Of a stretch of 64,000 bases of DNA, positions 42,032 through 52,705 are shown piece by piece. The stretch spans positions 1,984,001 through 2,048,000 of the forward strand of contig NZ_JAQNDL010000001.1 in assembly GCF_028368995.1 (NCBI RefSeq). Direction: 5' to 3'. The notes under the pieces were generated by a model. It saw only the letters and a list, made by a program, of their open reading frames with translations, ran no database searches and was not told where the DNA came from. Every line of letters begins with the position of its first letter. Position 1 is the stretch's first letter. Source of the stretch: Nannocystis bainbridge (GTDB taxonomy: Bacteria > Myxococcota_A > Polyangia > Nannocystales > Nannocystaceae). The position numbers and the translations under genes are program-made.

Positions 42032-42982
42032 TCAGCAGCGCGCGAGCGCGGCGATCGCCAGCGCCACCAGCCCCGCTCCGCCGAGCAACCACGGCCCGGC
42101 CCTCGTCCGCCGCGCCTCGGCCTGCTGACGGGTGATCGCTCGCTGGCGCCGCGCCGCGCGGCCCGGCGGCAAAAAAGCCTGCACCTCCGCGACGCGCCAC
42201 CGCCTCGCGGCCGGCACCACGATCGGTCCTCCGCGCACCGTCACGTCGCCGCCCGAGCGCAGCGTGAAGGCCGGCTCCTCGATCCGAAGCGCCGCATGGC
42301 CGCCGGGCAGCTCGACCGTCTCACCCGTCGCGGTCGCCAGCGCCGCCACCAGCGACTCCGCCAGCGCGCGTCGCTCGGCCGCGAGCGCATCGATCTCCGC
42401 CAGCTCGGCCTCGAAGTCGGCGAACTGCGCCGGCGACAGCCGGGCCGCCAGCTCCGCCAGCTCGACGTCGAACAGCGACAGCGCCCCGCCGGTCAGCGCC
42501 TGCAGCACGCGGTCGTACACCACGTCGACCGAGCAGCGCCACGCCGCGTCCTCGTCGTCGCTCGCGCCGACCACCTGGCGGAACAGCCCCGCGTTGTCGG
42601 CCTCGAAGCCGCGCGTCTCGCCGTTCGTATCGACCTCGAGGCTGCCCCCGCCGACTCCGCGGTGATACGCGAGGTAGATCGCCGCCTCCGCGGTCGCCCC
42701 CGCGCGCCGTCCGGCCTCGTCGACCACCACCAGGGCCGCCTCCGCCAGTCGGGCGCGCAGCCGCGGACACTCCGCGAGCGCCGGATGCTGCTCGGGCAAC
42801 CGCAGCCCGCGGCGCACCGCCACCGCGCGCGGCACCAGCCATCGCTCGCCCTTGGTGTCCGCCAGCTCGAAGCGCGTCGCCTTGCCCGCCAGCGGCCCGA
42901 GCACGATCTCGGCCGGTCCCTGGCCGTCCCACCGCCACGGATCGATGGCCACGAGCCCGGGGACTACCAGCGCTGCGGGCAT
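42032..42982 (-). CDS. hypothetical protein with C-terminal TM
   Basis: GC3-biased frame, GGAGG RBS, hydrophobic tail. Confidence 0.6.
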   Translation of the reverse strand: MPAALVVPGLVAIDPWRWDGQGPAEIVLGPLAGKATRFELADTKGERWLVPRAVAVRRGLRLPEQHPALAECPRLRARLAEAALVVVDEAGRRAGATAEAAIYLAYHRGVGGGSLEVDTNGETRGFEADNAGLFRQVVGASDDEDAAWRCSVDVVYDRVLQALTGGALSLFDVELAELAARLSPAQFADFEAELAEIDALAAERRALAESLVAALATATGETVELPGGHAALRIEEPAFTLRSGGDVTVRGGPIVVPAARRWRVAEVQAFLPPGRAARRQRAITRQQAEARRTRAGPWLLGGAGLVALAIAALARC

Positions 42983-43384
42983 CCTGCCTCCATCGGCGCG
43001 CAACCTACCACGCCGCCGTCCCAGCCTCCAGACCCCTGCGCGCCCGCCGGGCGGCCATACGCCTGTCCTGAAGTACAGGTCAATATTTGGGTCCTGCTGC
43101 CAATCGCGCGAATGGAATCACTCACCGCCAGGTTGAACTCGCCGAGAGATCGAGCCGCCGCGCCCCGAGGGTGCTCGCCCCATGGGCCACCCCATGCGGT
43201 CGCCCCATGGGGCCGGCTCCTTCCGCGCTCGCTTCGTGGCGCCCTCGTGTCGACATCGCAGGGGTTTCGCCGCGGCGTGTCGCTTGCTGAAAGCGCGACC
43301 GAGCCCGCGGCCGTCGCCGCGCTCGGGCCCGGCCCGAATGCGACGACTCCCCGAACTCGGCTCAAAAGGGAGTACTGTCGATCC

Positions 43385-44872
43385 ATGTCTTCGCAAATCA
43401 GAAATTATAGCCTCCGCTCTCTCATCGCGTCGAGCGCCTTCGTGGCCACGTTCGCCGCCCTCGTGCCCGCGGCGCACGCCGACCCCACCCGGCTCTGGGG
43501 CACCTACGATGGTGGTTCCGAGTTCGAGGCCGGCCGGGGCGTCGTCATCGACGACGAATTCAACGTCGTGTGTGTCGGTGACACCGCCTCCGAGACCGGC
43601 ATCGCCGCCGTGACCGAGCAGGGTGATGCCTACATCTCCAGCCACGACGCCTTCATCACCATGTTCGACTCGATCGGCCAGCAGATCTGGGGCCGCTACT
43701 ACGGCGGCGCTGGCGACGACGTGTTCCACGACGTCGTGTTCGACGAGGACGACGGCGTCTTCTTCGCCGCCGGCGGCACCCGCTCGCCGAACACCGGCAA
43801 CGCCATCGCCTCCGCCGGGACCCACCAGACCGCCCTCGACGGCGACGGCGACGCGATGCTCGTCAGGTTCCGCAACAACGGCTGGCGGATGTGGGGCACC
43901 TACTTCGGCGGCGACGAGCACGAGGAGGCGTTCGCCACGTGCATCGATTCGGAGGGCGATGTCTACATCGTCGGCACCACCACCTCCGACGATCTGTTCA
44001 CCGGCATGCTCGGCTTCACCCCGTGGGACGACGATCTCGACGGCTCGGTCGACGCCTTCGTCGCCAAGTTCGACGGCGACACGGGGACGCTGCTGTGGGG
44101 CACCTACTACGGCGGTTCGGGCGGCCAGACGCGGGCGCTCGACTGCGCCGTCGGCTCGGACGACGCGGTCTACGTCGCCGGCTACTCGACCTCGGCCAAC
44201 AACGAGCTCGACGGGATCCACGCCGACAGCCACGGCGGCGGGCAGGACGGCTTCCTCGTCCGCTACGACTCGCTGGGCGACCTCGAGTGGGCCACCTACT
44301 ACGGCGGCAGCGGCGACGACCAGGCCCGCGGGGTCGCGGTCGACGTCGAGGGCCTCGACGATCACGTGTACCTCGTCGGCGTCACCGGCTCGAGCGGCGG
44401 GATCAACTCCGGCCTCTCGACGAGCCTCAGCGGCACCACCGACGCGTTCGTGGCCCGGTTCGAGGTCGACGGCGACCTCACGTGGGGGCGCTACTTCGGC
44501 GGCACCGGCTTCGAGCAATTCGACGGCGTCTACGCCTCGAACACCATCGAGGTGTCGGGCGCGACTTCGTCGTCCGGGCTGTTCTCGAGCGGCTTCGACA
44601 ACACCTACTCCAGCGCGGGCTGGGACGGCATGTTCGTCACCTTCCTCGACGACGGCGGCATCGATTGGGGCTCGTACAACGGCGGCGACGGGACCGACGA
44701 GTCGGTGCTCGCGGTCGACCGCCGCTACGACTCGCTCGTCGGCGTCGGGGCCACGCTGTCGACCAGCAACACCGGCATCAACGCCTCGACCTCGCCGGGC
44801 ACGATCCACGACGCGACGTACAACGGCGATTACGACATCTTCATGACGTTCGTGCGCATGTTCTCGACGTGA
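43385..44872 (+). CDS. secreted SBBP-repeat beta-propeller protein
   Basis: Signal peptide (AHA-D); repeats W.TY(Y/F)GG...D......D..G.VY..G.T.S...DAF..(K/R)F. Confidence 0.85.
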   Translation: MSSQIRNYSLRSLIASSAFVATFAALVPAAHADPTRLWGTYDGGSEFEAGRGVVIDDEFNVVCVGDTASETGIAAVTEQGDAYISSHDAFITMFDSIGQQIWGRYYGGAGDDVFHDVVFDEDDGVFFAAGGTRSPNTGNAIASAGTHQTALDGDGDAMLVRFRNNGWRMWGTYFGGDEHEEAFATCIDSEGDVYIVGTTTSDDLFTGMLGFTPWDDDLDGSVDAFVAKFDGDTGTLLWGTYYGGSGGQTRALDCAVGSDDAVYVAGYSTSANNELDGIHADSHGGGQDGFLVRYDSLGDLEWATYYGGSGDDQARGVAVDVEGLDDHVYLVGVTGSSGGINSGLSTSLSGTTDAFVARFEVDGDLTWGRYFGGTGFEQFDGVYASNTIEVSGATSSSGLFSSGFDNTYSSAGWDGMFVTFLDDGGIDWGSYNGGDGTDESVLAVDRRYDSLVGVGATLSTSNTGINASTSPGTIHDATYNGDYDIFMTFVRMFST

Positions 44873-44930
44873 CCTGCGGCGCGGGCCCCGGCCGCGCCGG
44901 CGGGGCCCGGTGAGCGAGCGAGGTGACGTA

Positions 44931-44962
44931 GTTCGGGCATGACCTTCGGGACATGCCCGAAC
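44931..44962. repeat. extended palindrome GTTCGGGCATGACC-TTCG-GGACATGCCCGAAC (14-bp family)
   Basis: Cores at 44938 and 44952; between convergent genes. Confidence 0.85.
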
Positions 44963-44970
44963 AGTCAGCC

Positions 44971-46338
44971 TCACGGGCCGACGTGCTTCACCTCGCCCGC
45001 GATCACCATCCCGACCCACTCCGACAGCTGGACCCCGTCCACCGCCGTCGTCCAGAACGACGGCGAGCGCAGGGCCGTGTGGCCCTGACCGAAGTTGTAG
45101 AGCACCTGTCCCTGGCCGATGTAGTAGGTCGCCGCCGCCTCCTCGTGGTCGGCGCGCAGCGACAGCAGCCCGTCCTCGTAGACATCGGCCGGCACGATCA
45201 GCGGCAGCCCGTCGCACGTATCGTGCTGACCGTTGCCCCAGCCGAACGCCATAAACGCCCGGATGACCGCGTCCGCCGTGTTCGAGAACAGCCCGAAGCG
45301 GATCTCCGGGTACGCGCTCAGCGTGTGGGCCAGGATCTCCGTGGCGAAATCGTCGGGGTCGGTGCAGTCCGGCCCGCACGCCGCCAGGATCGTCTCGTCG
45401 AGCCCCCACACCTCGCGGAACGTCCGCTGCAGGCACGGCGGGATCACCGAGTTGGACACCGGCGGGCCCGAATCGTCGATCACGATCATCTGCGGCCCCG
45501 GCCCGAACGCCTCGGCCACCTGCGCCGCGTTGAGCCCCGCCCCGAACCCGCCCGCGCTGATGCCCGTCAGCAGCACCCTCTCCGCGCCCACGAACGTCGG
45601 CACCCACTGCTGCAGGTACTTCGTGATGTTGGCGTAGCCGCGGAAGTGGCGGACCTGCCCGCCGAGCAGCGTGTCACGGTCGCCCCCGTGAATGTCGCCG
45701 GTGCAGTACGGCACGTAGATCATGCTCCAATCCTTGACCGGGTTGCCCGGATTGTTGCGATTGAAGATCCCGTCCGGCGGCGGGATGAACGGGATGTTGA
45801 ACGCCGAGAAGTCGCACACGTCGTTGAAGCAGGCCCCGCCGCCCTCGAGGTAGATCATCACGTTCTTCGACGCCGGGTTCAGGCTGGCGCCGAAGCCCGC
45901 GGTCGCGCCGTTCATGCACATCGTGCCCGGCACCTCGAAGTATTTCCATTGCAGCGGCGGCGCGTCGATGGGTTCGACCGCCGTGCAGTCGGCCAGGCAG
46001 CCGTCGAACGGGTCATCGTCGCCGTCGTCGCACGCCTCGCCGGGGTCGACGTGACCGTCGCCGCAACCCGGCGCCGGCGGCTCGCCGGTCGTGCTCGATC
46101 CGCTCGAGCTCGAGTCCTCTCCGTGTGAGCCGCTGCCGCTGTCCGGCTGCGTCGTGGCGGCCTCGGTCGGCGCTCCGCTGCTCGACGTGCCCGCCGTCGT
46201 CCCGTCGGTCTCGCTGCCGGACGCCTCCGAGTCCGACGCGCCCTGACCCGACGACTCCGCCGCCTCGCCGCAGCCGACCAGGATGCCCGCGCCGCACACG
46301 ACCCGCGCGAGCGAGGATGAAAGCACTGTCTTCCTCAT
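44971..46338 (-). CDS. pectin acetylesterase-family hydrolase lipoprotein with myxococcal Cys-rich repeat
   Basis: LVGC lipobox, CGDG.VDPGEACDDG, YLEGGGAC, YVPYCTGDIH, LTGISAGGFG. Confidence 0.85.
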   Translation of the reverse strand: MRKTVLSSSLARVVCGAGILVGCGEAAESSGQGASDSEASGSETDGTTAGTSSSGAPTEAATTQPDSGSGSHGEDSSSSGSSTTGEPPAPGCGDGHVDPGEACDDGDDDPFDGCLADCTAVEPIDAPPLQWKYFEVPGTMCMNGATAGFGASLNPASKNVMIYLEGGGACFNDVCDFSAFNIPFIPPPDGIFNRNNPGNPVKDWSMIYVPYCTGDIHGGDRDTLLGGQVRHFRGYANITKYLQQWVPTFVGAERVLLTGISAGGFGAGLNAAQVAEAFGPGPQMIVIDDSGPPVSNSVIPPCLQRTFREVWGLDETILAACGPDCTDPDDFATEILAHTLSAYPEIRFGLFSNTADAVIRAFMAFGWGNGQHDTCDGLPLIVPADVYEDGLLSLRADHEEAAATYYIGQGQVLYNFGQGHTALRSPSFWTTAVDGVQLSEWVGMVIAGEVKHVGP

Positions 46339-46732
46339 GAACAACCCTCCTGCGGCAGTGATATCGCCGAGCACACCCGACGATCGTCCCACGCCCGCGA
46401 GAATGCAAGGAGGAGCGTCGCCCCCAACCCTCTGCAAATGTCGGCCGCCGAGCAATGCGGCGATCCTTGCACATGTCCCGAGGGACATCTGATTCTCCAC
46501 CGGCTCCCGCGCCGCAGCGCCGCTCGCGTGACCACGCACTCGAGCGCCTCGCCCGCCCCGCTCGCGCCATCCTCCCTCGGCGCCACCGGTCCTCGCCGCC
46601 GTCGTGATGACAGTGCCCGTCGCGCCGGCGCGTCCTCGCAGCCCCCTGCCACCCTGCGTCGGCCCGTTGTTCCGCCGCACAGGTGCGGCCCGACCGCCCG
46701 GTTATGCACAGCAGACTGGGGAGGCGAAGGCG

Positions 46733-48592
46733 ATGCTCGGGCGCAGACAGTTCGGCAAGCTCGGTGGGTGGTTGGCGCTCGGGTTCGCCTGCGATTTCGA
46801 CCGCGGCGGCGATTCGCAGCTCGACGGCGATCGCTGGCACAAGGCCAAGCAGATCGCCCGCGACCTGCTGCTCATCGGCCCCGACGGTCAGGATCTCAAG
46901 CTCGAATATCTAAAAATTCTGATCGACGATGGCCTGCCGCCGACGAACGCCCCCAAGAAGGTCCTGATCCTCGGCGCCGGCATCGCCGGCCTCACCGCCG
47001 CGCACCTGCTCAAGCAAGCCGGCCACCACGTCACCATCCTCGAGGCCAACCCCCGGCGGATCGGCGGCCGGATCAAGACCTTCCGCAAGGGCGACCCGCA
47101 GCAGCCGGCGCCGTTCGCCGACCCCGCGCTGTACGCCGAGGCCGGGGCCATGCGGCTCCCCGAGTTTCACCCGCTGGCGCTCGCCCTCGTCGACAAGCTC
47201 GGCCTCTCGCGGCGGCTGTTCTACAACGTCGACGTCGTCGCGCCCGCCGCCACCGCCGTCCCGCCGGTCCGCTACGTGTCCTTCACTGGCGCCACCTGGC
47301 AAAACGGCGCGCCGCTGCCCGGCTTTGTCCCGCCCGATCAGGCCCTGCGCACCTGGATCGCCGTCAACGGCTTGCTCGTGCGCCGCGACGAGTACGCCGC
47401 CGACCCCGCGCTCGTCAACGAGGGCTTTGGCATGTCCGGGGCCGACGTCGATCGCACCACCGCCACCATCTTCAACGACGCGCTCGACCCGGTGCGCGAC
47501 TACTACTCCGACCTGCTGCCCGACGGCACCCGCGAGAACAAGCCGACCGCCGCCTGGATCGACGGCTGGGCCCGCGCGATCTACGATTTCGACGGCTTCT
47601 CGATGAATCGTTACCTCACCGAGTACGCCCTGCTCGAAGAGGCCACCGTCGACGCCATCGGCACCGTCGAGAACGCCACCTCGCGCCTGCCGCTGTCGTT
47701 CATGCACACCTTCATCGGTCGCAGCGACATCGCCCCCGGCGCGCGCTACTGGGAGGTCGACGGCGGCCTGTGGCGCCTGCCCTACGCGTTCGAGCCGGGG
47801 CTGCACCCGCACATCGAGCTCGACCGCCGGGTCGTCCGGATCGTCACCGGCGACGGCCAGCACGGGCCCGCGGTCCGCGTCGAGACCATCGACGAGAGCG
47901 ACGCCCCCGGGCCCGAATACACCGCCGACCTGGCGATCGTCACGATCCCCTTCTCGAGCCTGCGCCACGTCGAGTTCGAGCCCATGCTGTCGTACGGCAA
48001 GCGCCGCGCGATCATCGAGATGCACTACGACGCCGCCACCAAGATCTTGCTCGAGTTTCGCCGCCGCTGGTGGGAGTTCACCGAGGCGGATTGGCAGCAC
48101 GAGCTCGACGCGATCGCGCCCGGCCTGTACGCCCAATACGGCGAGGAGCCCGTCACCCGCGTGTTCGGCGGCGGCTCGGTCACCGACAATCCCAATCGCA
48201 ACATCTATTATCCGTCGCACGCCGTCGCCGGCAGCCCGGGCGGGGTCGTGCTCGCCTCGTACACCTGGGCCGACGACGCCGCCCGCTGGGACTCCATGGC
48301 CGACGACGACCGCTACGGGTTCGCCTTGCGCGGCCTGCAGGACGTGCACGGCGACCGCATCGAGGCCTTTTATACCGGCCGCGGCCAGACCCATAGCTGG
48401 ATGAACGACAGCTACGCCTTCGGCGAGGCCGCCGTGTTCCTGCCCGGCCAGCTGATCGAGCTGCACCTCCACACCCTCAGCGTCGAGGGTCCGCTGCATT
48501 TCGCCGGCGAGCACACCTCGCTCAAACACGCCTGGGTCGAGGGCGCGCTCGAGTCCGCCGTGCGCGCGGCGCTCGAGGTCCATCGCCGCTGA
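46733..48592 (+). CDS. Tat-exported flavin amine oxidase, L-glutamate oxidase-like
   Basis: GRRQF Tat motif; [36 protein letters not shown]. Confidence 0.85.
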   Translation: MLGRRQFGKLGGWLALGFACDFDRGGDSQLDGDRWHKAKQIARDLLLIGPDGQDLKLEYLKILIDDGLPPTNAPKKVLILGAGIAGLTAAHLLKQAGHHVTILEANPRRIGGRIKTFRKGDPQQPAPFADPALYAEAGAMRLPEFHPLALALVDKLGLSRRLFYNVDVVAPAATAVPPVRYVSFTGATWQNGAPLPGFVPPDQALRTWIAVNGLLVRRDEYAADPALVNEGFGMSGADVDRTTATIFNDALDPVRDYYSDLLPDGTRENKPTAAWIDGWARAIYDFDGFSMNRYLTEYALLEEATVDAIGTVENATSRLPLSFMHTFIGRSDIAPGARYWEVDGGLWRLPYAFEPGLHPHIELDRRVVRIVTGDGQHGPAVRVETIDESDAPGPEYTADLAIVTIPFSSLRHVEFEPMLSYGKRRAIIEMHYDAATKILLEFRRRWWEFTEADWQHELDAIAPGLYAQYGEEPVTRVFGGGSVTDNPNRNIYYPSHAVAGSPGGVVLASYTWADDAARWDSMADDDRYGFALRGLQDVHGDRIEAFYTGRGQTHSWMNDSYAFGEAAVFLPGQLIELHLHTLSVEGPLHFAGEHTSLKHAWVEGALESAVRAALEVHRR

Positions 48593-48765
48593 TTGCGCCG
48601 GAGTGCCGACGTCCCCTCTCCAGCGGCAGCATCGCCGGCCCCGATCTTCGCTGCGAACTGCAGCGACCTCACCGAAGCCAGATCTCTCATCCTCCCGACA
48701 ATCGATGTCGTCGGTGGAGACAATCCTGGCGCGCCCTCGCGTCCGACCCACGCTCCGGTCGCGCC

Positions 48766-50208
48766 ATGGTCATACGATTCGCCGCGGTCCTCGCATTCCT
48801 CGGGCTCGCCTGCCACGCCGCCGCGCCTGAAGTCGCTCCGCGCAGCGACCTGAGCCCGATCCGCGACGTCGTGTTCTCCCCGCAGCCGCTCGAAGCCAGC
48901 CACAACGCCCGGGTCGCGCGCCTCGTCGACGAGGCCGAGCGCAGCCTCGACATCGCCATGTACTCCTTCAACGACGCCGAGATCCGGGCCGCCCTCGCCG
49001 CGGCCGTCGAGCGCGGCGTCGAGGTCCGCCTCCTCTACGAGACCGCCCGCGAGGACCGCAAGCTGGACGGCGACGCGTTGCAGGACTCGCCCTCGGGCCG
49101 GCTCGAGCAGGACGGCGTCGACGTGCGATGGGTCAACAAGATCCTCCACCACAAGCTCATGATCGTCGACGGCCCGCGCGACGACCTCGAGGCGGCGGAC
49201 AGCGCCCACCTCGTCACCGGCAGCGGCAACTGGTCGCGCGGCGCCGCCACCCTCTACGACGAGAACACCCTGTTCCTGCGCGGCGAGCGAGCGCTTGTGC
49301 TGCGCATGCAACAGGAGTTCGAGCACCTGTGGCAGCACTCGCGCGATTTCGTCGGCGATCCCGCGCTCGCCAGCCGCGCCTCGACCCTGCTGCTCGACGA
49401 CGCGACGATCGACGACGAGCCGGACGCGCACGTGTACTTCACCTCGGCCAACTTCGACCTGCGCGGCGCCGACACCTTCGTCGCCAGCGGCCGCGAGACC
49501 GTCGCCGACGCCCTCGTGGCCGCCATCGCCGACGCCACCGAATCGATCGACATCGCCTCCGCCCACCTGCGCCTGCGCGCCGTCGCCGACGCCCTGATCG
49601 CCCGCGCCGACGAGCTGCCGATCCGCGTCTACCTCGACGGTCAGGAGTACATCGCCGCCGCCACCCACGCCGCCCAGGCCGAAGCGCTCGCGGCCTGCCT
49701 CGCGGCGGCCGGCGCCGATCCGGCGCGTCAGCGGGCCTGTGAAGCTCGCGGCGCTCGCTTCGGCTACCAGGTCGGCGCCGCCGGCGTCGCCGTCCGCTAC
49801 AAGGTCTACGCCTACCGCTGGCACGCCAGCTACGCCCTGCAGATGCACCACAAGTACATGCTGATCGACGGCGACGAGCTGTGGACCGGCAGCTTCAACC
49901 TGTCTGCCAACGCCGAGCACGACACCTTCGAGAACATGCTCGTGCTGCGCGGCCCCGCCTACGCCGGGCTCGTCGCCCGCTTCGCCGCCAACTTCGCCGC
50001 CATCTGGGACACCGGCCGCGAAGACGAGCGCCTGGCCGCCCTGCAGCGCGACCTCGACGACGGCGGCCCGGTCCCGCTGGTGTTCCCGGCCATGGCCCTG
50101 GAGCACGGCGAGATCGCCGATCTCAAGCGGCAGATCCGCGAGGCCTGCCCCGCCGTCGACTCCCCACATTACCGCGCCCACCCGGAGTCGCACCGGACCT
50201 GCGAGTGA
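48766..50208 (+). CDS. phospholipase D-family lipoprotein (two HKD motifs)
   Basis: LAC lipobox; HHKLMIVD...GSGN and HHKYMLID...GSFN. Confidence 0.9.
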   Translation: MVIRFAAVLAFLGLACHAAAPEVAPRSDLSPIRDVVFSPQPLEASHNARVARLVDEAERSLDIAMYSFNDAEIRAALAAAVERGVEVRLLYETAREDRKLDGDALQDSPSGRLEQDGVDVRWVNKILHHKLMIVDGPRDDLEAADSAHLVTGSGNWSRGAATLYDENTLFLRGERALVLRMQQEFEHLWQHSRDFVGDPALASRASTLLLDDATIDDEPDAHVYFTSANFDLRGADTFVASGRETVADALVAAIADATESIDIASAHLRLRAVADALIARADELPIRVYLDGQEYIAAATHAAQAEALAACLAAAGADPARQRACEARGARFGYQVGAAGVAVRYKVYAYRWHASYALQMHHKYMLIDGDELWTGSFNLSANAEHDTFENMLVLRGPAYAGLVARFAANFAAIWDTGREDERLAALQRDLDDGGPVPLVFPAMALEHGEIADLKRQIREACPAVDSPHYRAHPESHRTCE

Positions 50209-50226
50209 GCTGTCCTTCGGGACAGC
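50209..50226. repeat. palindrome GCTGTCC-TTCG-GGACAGC (14-bp family)
   Basis: Immediately follows the PLD stop codon. Confidence 0.8.
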
Positions 50227-50545
50227 CTGCCTCCGCGGCCCCCGTCGCCGGCGGCACGGCGCCCGAGCGGGGCCCGCGCGGCTCGCCGTCACGTCGCGCC
50301 GCGGTCACGTGACCGCCTCGCGGGGTGACCCGAGAGTCATGTCGAGACCGACAGCTCGGTCGGGCCGGCGCTCGCCCACGCCGCGCCAGGCCCGGGCGCG
50401 CCCCTGCGCCGAGATCGCGCAGGGGGCCATTCTCGCGCGCGTAAACACCGTTCAACGATTGCTCTCGCCTTGCTCCCGCGGGCCGTCCTCGGCTACCGTC
50501 GCGGCCTCGTTCGCCAAGCAGTCTGCGGTGGTCGGGAGGGGTCGG

Positions 50546-52702
50546 ATGGCAGCGCTCGCATCTATTCTCGCGTTGATCGGCAACCGTCCGGTCTACACCT
50601 TCAATGTCGACGGGCTCGACGCCGAGGCCCGGGTGCTGCGGTTCACCGGCCAGGAGGGGGTCAGCGCGCTGTTCGAGTTCCGGCTCGAGCTCGCCTGCCC
50701 GCACATGCTCGAGGTCGACCAGCTCGTCGGCAAGACCGGCGTGCTCGAGATCGCCGGCGTCGACGAGCCGCGGTTCGTCCACGGCATCGTCGCCCACGCC
50801 GAGTACATCGGCGAGAGCCGCGAGTTCGCGCTGTTCGCCGTCACTCTGGTGCCGCGGGTGTGGCGGCTGTCGCTGCGCCAGGACTGCCGGATCTTCCAGG
50901 AGCAGCGCACGCCGGACATCATCCGCGCGGTGCTCGAGGTGGCCGGCTTCAAGCCCAGCGCGTACCGCTTCGACATCGTCGCCTCGTACGCCCCGCGGAA
51001 CTACTGCGTGCAGTACCGCGAGAGCGACTGGGACTTCATCAGCCGCCTGCTCGAGGAGGACGGCCTCTTCTATTACTTCGAGCACGAGGAGGACAAGCAC
51101 GTCCTCGTCATGTCCGACCACAAGGGCACCCACCGGCCGATCGCCGGCGACCCCGAGGTGTGGTGGAACAGCCAGGACGGGCACGTCGAGGATCGCGAGC
51201 ACATCCACGAGTTCCGGTTCGGCCAGCACATCCGCTCCGGCAAGGCCAGCCTGCGCGACTTCTACTTCCCGACCCCTGATCAGGGCATGGAGGTCCGCTC
51301 CGAGGCCAAGCACGACACCGACCTCGAGGTCTACGACTACCCCGGCGAGTACCGCTTCCCCGGCGGCAACGACCCTGACCGCGGCCCTGGCATCGCCAAG
51401 AACCGCATCGAGGCGCTGCAGGCCACCCGTCGCAGCGGCACCGGCAAGGGCGACTGCATGCGCCTCGTCCCCGGCTACGCCTTTACGCTCGCCAACCACC
51501 GGCGCAGCGAGCTCAATGGCGAGTACACCCTGCTGACCGTGCAGCACCGCGGCGAGCAGCCGCAGGTCCTCGACCAGGACGCCAACAGCGGCAACGCCTT
51601 CGTCTACGAGTCGCGCTTCACGTGCATCGAGCGGGCTGTCATCTACCGCCCGACGCGCGCCACCCCGCGGCCGTTCGTGCGCGGCCTGCAGTCGGCCGTC
51701 GTCGTCGGCCCGCCCGGCGAAGAGGTCCACGTCGACGAGCAGGCCCGCGTCATGGTCCAGTTCCACTGGGACCGCCAGGGTCGCTTCGACGATCACAGCA
51801 GCTGCTGGATCCGCGTCAGCCAGCTGTGGGCCGGCGCCGGCTGGGGCGCCATGTTCATCCCGCGGGTCGGCCACGAGGTCCTCGTCGACTTCCTCGAGGG
51901 CGACCCCGACAAGCCGATCATCACCGGCCGCGTCTATCACGGCAACAACAACATCCCCTACCCGCTGCCGGCCGAGAAGACCAAGAGCACCATCAAGTCG
52001 GAGAGCTCGCTCGGCGGCGGCGGCTACAACGAGTTCCGCTACGAGGACCTCAAGGGCTCCGAGCAGATCTTCATGCACGCCGAGCGCGACCTCGACATCC
52101 ACGTCAACCATGACCGGATGGAGAACGTGCTGCACGACCGCCACCTGCGGGTCGGCGACGCCGTCAACGGCGAGAAGGTCGGCGACTTCAACGAGCTCGT
52201 CATGCGCGACCGTCACGTCCGCGTCGACCGTCACCGCCACGAGCACATCGGCGGCGACGCCTTCGTGCACGTCGGCGGCATCGACGGCGACGGCAACCAG
52301 CACGTCATCATCGACAAGCACCAGTACACGCTGGTCCGCGTCGACCGCCACGACCACGTCGAGGGCTCGGCGATGGCCAAGGTCGACAAGACCACCTCGC
52401 TGACCATCGGCGACGAGGCTCACCTCAAGGTCGGCAGCAAGACCGCGATCGAGTCGGGCGCCGAGATCCACGTCAAGGCCCCGACGATCGTCATCGAGGC
52501 CGGCACCGGCATCACCGTCAAGGGCCCCGGCGGCTTCATCACCATCGACGCCTCGGGCGTCGTCATCCAGGGTCGCCTCGTCAAGGTCAACAGCGGCGGC
52601 GCTGCGCTGGCCGGCAGCGGTTGCGCCCCGATCGCCCCCGAGGACGCGCGCCCCGCCGAGCCCCAGTCACCCAAGCCCGCCGACCGCGGCGCGGAGACCT
52701 GA
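50546..52702 (+). CDS. vgrG: T6SS spike protein VgrG/TssI
   Basis: YCVQYRESDWDFISRLLEEDG, WIRVSQLWAG.GWG, PRVGHEVLVDFLEGDPD, HAERD, DUF2345-like tail. Confidence 0.95.
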   Translation: MAALASILALIGNRPVYTFNVDGLDAEARVLRFTGQEGVSALFEFRLELACPHMLEVDQLVGKTGVLEIAGVDEPRFVHGIVAHAEYIGESREFALFAVTLVPRVWRLSLRQDCRIFQEQRTPDIIRAVLEVAGFKPSAYRFDIVASYAPRNYCVQYRESDWDFISRLLEEDGLFYYFEHEEDKHVLVMSDHKGTHRPIAGDPEVWWNSQDGHVEDREHIHEFRFGQHIRSGKASLRDFYFPTPDQGMEVRSEAKHDTDLEVYDYPGEYRFPGGNDPDRGPGIAKNRIEALQATRRSGTGKGDCMRLVPGYAFTLANHRRSELNGEYTLLTVQHRGEQPQVLDQDANSGNAFVYESRFTCIERAVIYRPTRATPRPFVRGLQSAVVVGPPGEEVHVDEQARVMVQFHWDRQGRFDDHSSCWIRVSQLWAGAGWGAMFIPRVGHEVLVDFLEGDPDKPIITGRVYHGNNNIPYPLPAEKTKSTIKSESSLGGGGYNEFRYEDLKGSEQIFMHAERDLDIHVNHDRMENVLHDRHLRVGDAVNGEKVGDFNELVMRDRHVRVDRHRHEHIGGDAFVHVGGIDGDGNQHVIIDKHQYTLVRVDRHDHVEGSAMAKVDKTTSLTIGDEAHLKVGSKTAIESGAEIHVKAPTIVIEAGTGITVKGPGGFITIDASGVVIQGRLVKVNSGGAALAGSGCAPIAPEDARPAEPQSPKPADRGAET

Positions 52703-52705
52703 GCC

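Noticed and set aside
48766-50208. PLD as a Tle5-type T6SS effector of the downstream vgrG
   Set aside because: It carries its own lipoprotein signal, has no immunity gene, and is separated from vgrG by ~340 bp and a hairpin.
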